A stretch of DNA of 64,000 bases from the human T2T-CHM13v2.0 reference genome, Homo sapiens. The DNA is taken from the NCBI RefSeq assembly GCF_009914755.1, contig NC_060936.1; one strand, 5' to 3'. The translations under genes and the position numbers were made by a program. The notes below the pieces were generated by a model. It was not told where the DNA came from, did not search any database, and saw nothing but the letters and a program-made list of their open reading frames with translations. Of the stretch, positions 58,801 through 64,000 are shown piece after piece. How positions within the stretch are numbered: position 1 is the first letter of the stretch; every line of letters starts with the position of its first letter.

Positions 58801-60719
58801 AAATGATGCTGCTGGTATTCCTGGGAAAAAGAGAATGAGAAAACAATAAGGAGCATTCGAGCTAAGAGGTTTTCTCTGCGTTTTGTGTCAGGTGCAAGGG
58901 GACAGGGTAGGGACAGAGGAAAAGGAGCTGGGTATGCCCCACCCAAGTGCCTCCTGTTTGTGTCCAGGTCCACAACCTGGACACAAACAGAAAAGTAGGA
59001 CCAGGGTGGCGTTTCATCCCCAAAGCAGAGTTGCAACCTCAGTTACCCACGGGGGCCTGGCAGGTGCACAAAATGGACAACGCAGGCACAGATGAGACAA
59101 CAGGGAGGCGTGGGGACTGGGGCAGGTGGGGACTCTGTAAGCCATCTGAAGGAGTGGCCTGTACCCCGCTCAGGCAGATTAAAGCAGTCTGGTCTTGCAG
59201 CTCATTTCAGGAGCTGAGAGCACAAACTTCAGGGCCAAGCTGCTCTGTCTCCCGATCCCTACTCTGCCAGCTTTCCTAGCTGCATGACCCGGGGCAAGTC
59301 TCTTGACTTCTCTGCGCCTCAGTTTCCTCATCTGGAAAGTAGAAATGATAACCGCACCTGCCACTGGTGTGACACAGAGATTCATATAGTGAACGCCACC
59401 ATCAGTGACACTGATTGCATGAAATCTGCCATGGTGGGAGTATTTACACCACAGCCATTGGCAGACACTACAAATCAGACCTTTTTTATTTTTTCTCACC
59501 AGTCAGCCACTTGTTAAACCTTTACCAGCACAGGCACCTTCCTCACAGGGCTTTTAGGATGATTTCTAGACTTAATACATATAAAGCACTTAAAACGGTG
59601 CCCAGCACACTGGCCACCCTCCAATTCACTGTATTCCTCTTTGTGTGATCAATGTGATTATAATGGGGGAACGTGACACTACTGTGGCCACATCTTCCAA
59701 TTCTTCCAGAGAAGCTGGAAATCTTGATTTTTATGCAAAAAACAAAAATCTCCGGATTCTTAAAGATTGGCTAACATCAATCATTTTTAAAACCTGAGCA
59801 AAACAAAGTGCATGTGGAATTTGGACCACAGACTCCACGTTTGCAAAGTTGGACTTAGAGGAATGGACTGTGGGTGTTGTCTGGCAAGGCGAGGTCCTTT
59901 CTCACCTCTCACCTTTGTATGCAACTGCTCTCCCTCCTGTTGAATCAACGGCCTGCCTCTCTTGTGTGAGCCTGTGCCTCTTCCTCCTTGAAGCCCTCCT
60001 AGCTGTGCCCTGCAGGGTACATGACTCCGTCCTTGACTGTCCCTCCTCAAAGCGCTGCTTCCCTGCCACCCTCTGCTGTGGTCTATGTCTTTCTGACTCT
60101 AGGACTGAGGGGCTGGGGCTGTGTTTTGTTCATCTTGGCATAGGGCTGTGTACATCAAGGATCATAATGATAATAAAATCAACATCTATTGAGTATCTTC
60201 TGTTTGCTAGGCTATGTGCTAAGCACCTTTTATGTATCATCACCTTAATCCTGATGATAACCCTCAGATGTGGATATTTGTGCCCAAGGCCACAAAGAGG
60301 GAGGCATTTACTGGGAATCAAACCCAGGCTCCTCACCTCTGGAGCCCACTGCAGACGGCTGAGTCCATAGCGAGCACCGCACGTGGAAAGTTAGGCAGCA
60401 AGGACCCCGGCTAGACTGGGCTGGGATCAGACAGTGGAGGGCATGCATGCCCGGCTGAGGCTCTCCCGGGGCTGTCTCCAGCCACACTCCACAGATACGT
60501 CCAGAAAGGACGCTGCTATATTTAAAAGCCTGGGCAGGGTAGCACTTCAGTGACATTTGGGCAGCCGCCTTTCCAGAAAGGGCAGACATGTTCTTTTAGC
60601 TCCGCTCTTCTGAGCTGGTATTTCGGAGAACTTGTCAGGATCACTGCAAAGGGGAGGCCGCTGCCACTTGGGATCCCTGCAGCCTTCCCAGAGACATGGC
60701 TACTGCAGCACAGGGCTGA

Positions 60720-61439
<720 letters not shown>

Positions 61440-62612
61440 TAGGTGGGGACACTGAGGCACAGAGTGTTCCAGGAAAGCTGCTAGTTCTTTCTCCACCTAG
61501 GCATGCCTCACCACCCAGGAAGTCTCACGTTCCTGCAGGCACCGCAAATGGCCTTTTTCTCCAAGCCCAGGTTGGAACTGAGTCAGAAGGGCCTCTTCTG
61601 TGTGCAGGACTCACATGGAGGTTCGGCTGGCAGTTTGCCAGCCATAGGGGGAGGAGGTGGATGCTGCCTGGAAGCAGAAGTAGGACAAGGACCAGCCCTC
61701 CTGTTGCAGCATTGTCTGTCTGTCACCCGGCTATGCAATCACTCCTTCAGGGTGGGGGAGGGGCTGGTGGGCTTTGAGAAATTTCAAGGAGGGGGGTGAA
61801 GCCAGGATAAAGGGGGTGTCGGTCTAGGCCACAGAGAAACGCTAATGCTCATGGGGCCTGGACGGGCTCACACCCATACGGGGAGCCAAATGCAGACCCT
61901 CAGCCTGTCCCAACAGACGGCTGACACCCAGCTCCAGGTGGCCGCTGTCGATGGAAACATGGGCCCAGGGTGGCCAGATCCTCTAATTTCCCAAGAGAAG
62001 CCAGCAATTTGGAACTCTTCTGGTTTTTAAATACTGGCTCAATATATATGCACATATTTTCATGCTCACAGGACTTTATGGAGGTATAATTTACATACAG
62101 TAAAATGCGCAAATCTTAAGTGTATAACTTGATGAATTTTGACAGCTCAAATATTTTTAAAACACTGGAGGGTCCAAGAAAATATGTTGTCCATGGGGTG
62201 CATCTGGCCGTGGACCCACCATCCATGGCCCCCAGTCTCGTGTGTCGTGTGACCCCCGTGAACGAGGTGGGACACACATGTGCAGGGAGCACACATGGCA
62301 GTATCCCATGGGGAGGGGCAGGCTTTGGCAAGAGCCCAGTGATCATGCATCATCCCTTTACTCACACAGCGCAGAGAACAGGCTCTGGAGCCCGGGCTGG
62401 AAATCCGAGCTCTGCCACTTGCTGTGTGACTTTGCACACGTTTCCCCACCTCTCTGAAGGCTCATTTTCCCCATCTGTGAAATGAGGAAGAGAAGGATAC
62501 GGACCCCAGGGCTCTTGCACAGATTCACTGAACTGACATGATAAGCACTGAGAAAAAGTCCCGGGTGCTATTGCCTTTTTTTTTTTTTTTTTTTTTTTAA
62601 ATTAATAGACCC

Positions 62613-62932
<320 letters not shown>

Positions 62933-64000
62933 TAGACCCTATTTTTTAGAGCAGTTTTATTTGGGCTTAGAGAGAATTTGAGCAGAAAGTATAGGGAGTT
63001 ACCATAGACTCCCTCTTCCCCCACCCCAATTCCCCGATGACTAACATCTCACATTAGCGTGTGGTGCATTTGTTACCGTGATGAACCAGTGTCAAGACAC
63101 AATTATTCACTATAGTCCATACTTTACGTGAGGGGCCACTCTTTGTGTTGCAAAGTTCTAGGGGCTTTGACAAATGCATGATGTCATGTACCCACCATCA
63201 CAGTGTCACATAGGACGGTGTCACTGCCATCGGGAATATTTCTTAGTTCTCATGGCTGCTACAAAAAAAAAGGCCAAAGTGGCTGACAAAGAGCTCCTGG
63301 TGGGAGCCCACCCCCTTTCCCTTCCACTCAGGGAATCACAGCACATTCAGGTGACAGAAGGGACATTTTAGGGGTGAACCTGAGTTTGTTCTGAATTACC
63401 CAAAATGGAAGCCACTTGCCCACTTCAGGTGTGGGGGTGGGGGTGTCACACAGATTCCAGCCCCAAATTCCTTACCACACAACTGGCTCTGAGTCCAAAG
63501 ACAGCCCCCCGCCCCCCAATTCACACCCTGCCTTGGCCCCTCGTGTGTGTATATTGGAGCCGCCTTCTCAGCCTCTCTGGGCCTCTAAAACAAGAGGACC
63601 CAGGGCTGCCCCTGGGAGCGTTTGGAGGCTCAGATGCGCTAATTCCCGTGAAAGGTCTTTGTAAGCTATAAAAAGCTCTAGATTAAAATTGGAAGGTATT
63701 ATGATTATAATCAGTTAGGCAGAAAAACTGAACTGTTGGCAAAACGAGCCTGGCCTTCGGAGGCTGAGCCTTGGGAAGACATCCTCATCAGTTGCACACA
63801 GGGGGCTGGTGGCAATTGTCTGTGGTTTGTTCCTCTGGGAGGAGGTGGCCCAAAAGACACACAGCTGGAAACTGCTTCTGGCTGGAATGGCAAGGTCAGA
63901 GCCGGAGCACCCACTCTAGGTTGTTCCTGCGTGCATGACCTGCCAGCCACATGCCAAGCAGCGTGGGGCCATGCTTGTGGCATCAGCAGCTCCCAAAAAG

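Overview
Human (primate) genomic DNA, rich in Alu, MIR, L2, L1 and MER repeats, lying inside the homeobox gene CUX2 on the + strand. The window holds the 3' part of intron 1, coding exon 2 (27376-27486, [37 protein letters not shown]), a 3.6-kb intron 2, coding exon 3 (31066-31113, [16 protein letters not shown]) and about 33 kb of intron 3. Exon numbering is recalled from the CUX2 protein, not looked up. No other ORF in the track looks like a real gene. I found no new multi-gene system. The most unusual things directly visible are: (i) three local templated-insertion or template-switch scars in intron 3, including a ~100-bp inverted copy of 46804-46902 pasted into an Alu at 45205 with a snap-back end; (ii) a near-canonical REST/RE1 site 1.8 kb upstream of exon 2; (iii) a repeat-free block before exon 2 with TATA, a 41-codon ORF and a GTAAGT donor in frame with exon 2 (candidate alternative first or poison exon); (iv) exons 2+3 (159 nt, phase 0-0, stop-free, strong AUG) flanked by inverted Alus, a candidate endless-ORF circRNA; (v) several TAAT-dense, repeat-free candidate enhancers. 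Repeat subfamily names and boundaries were assigned by eye and are approximate.
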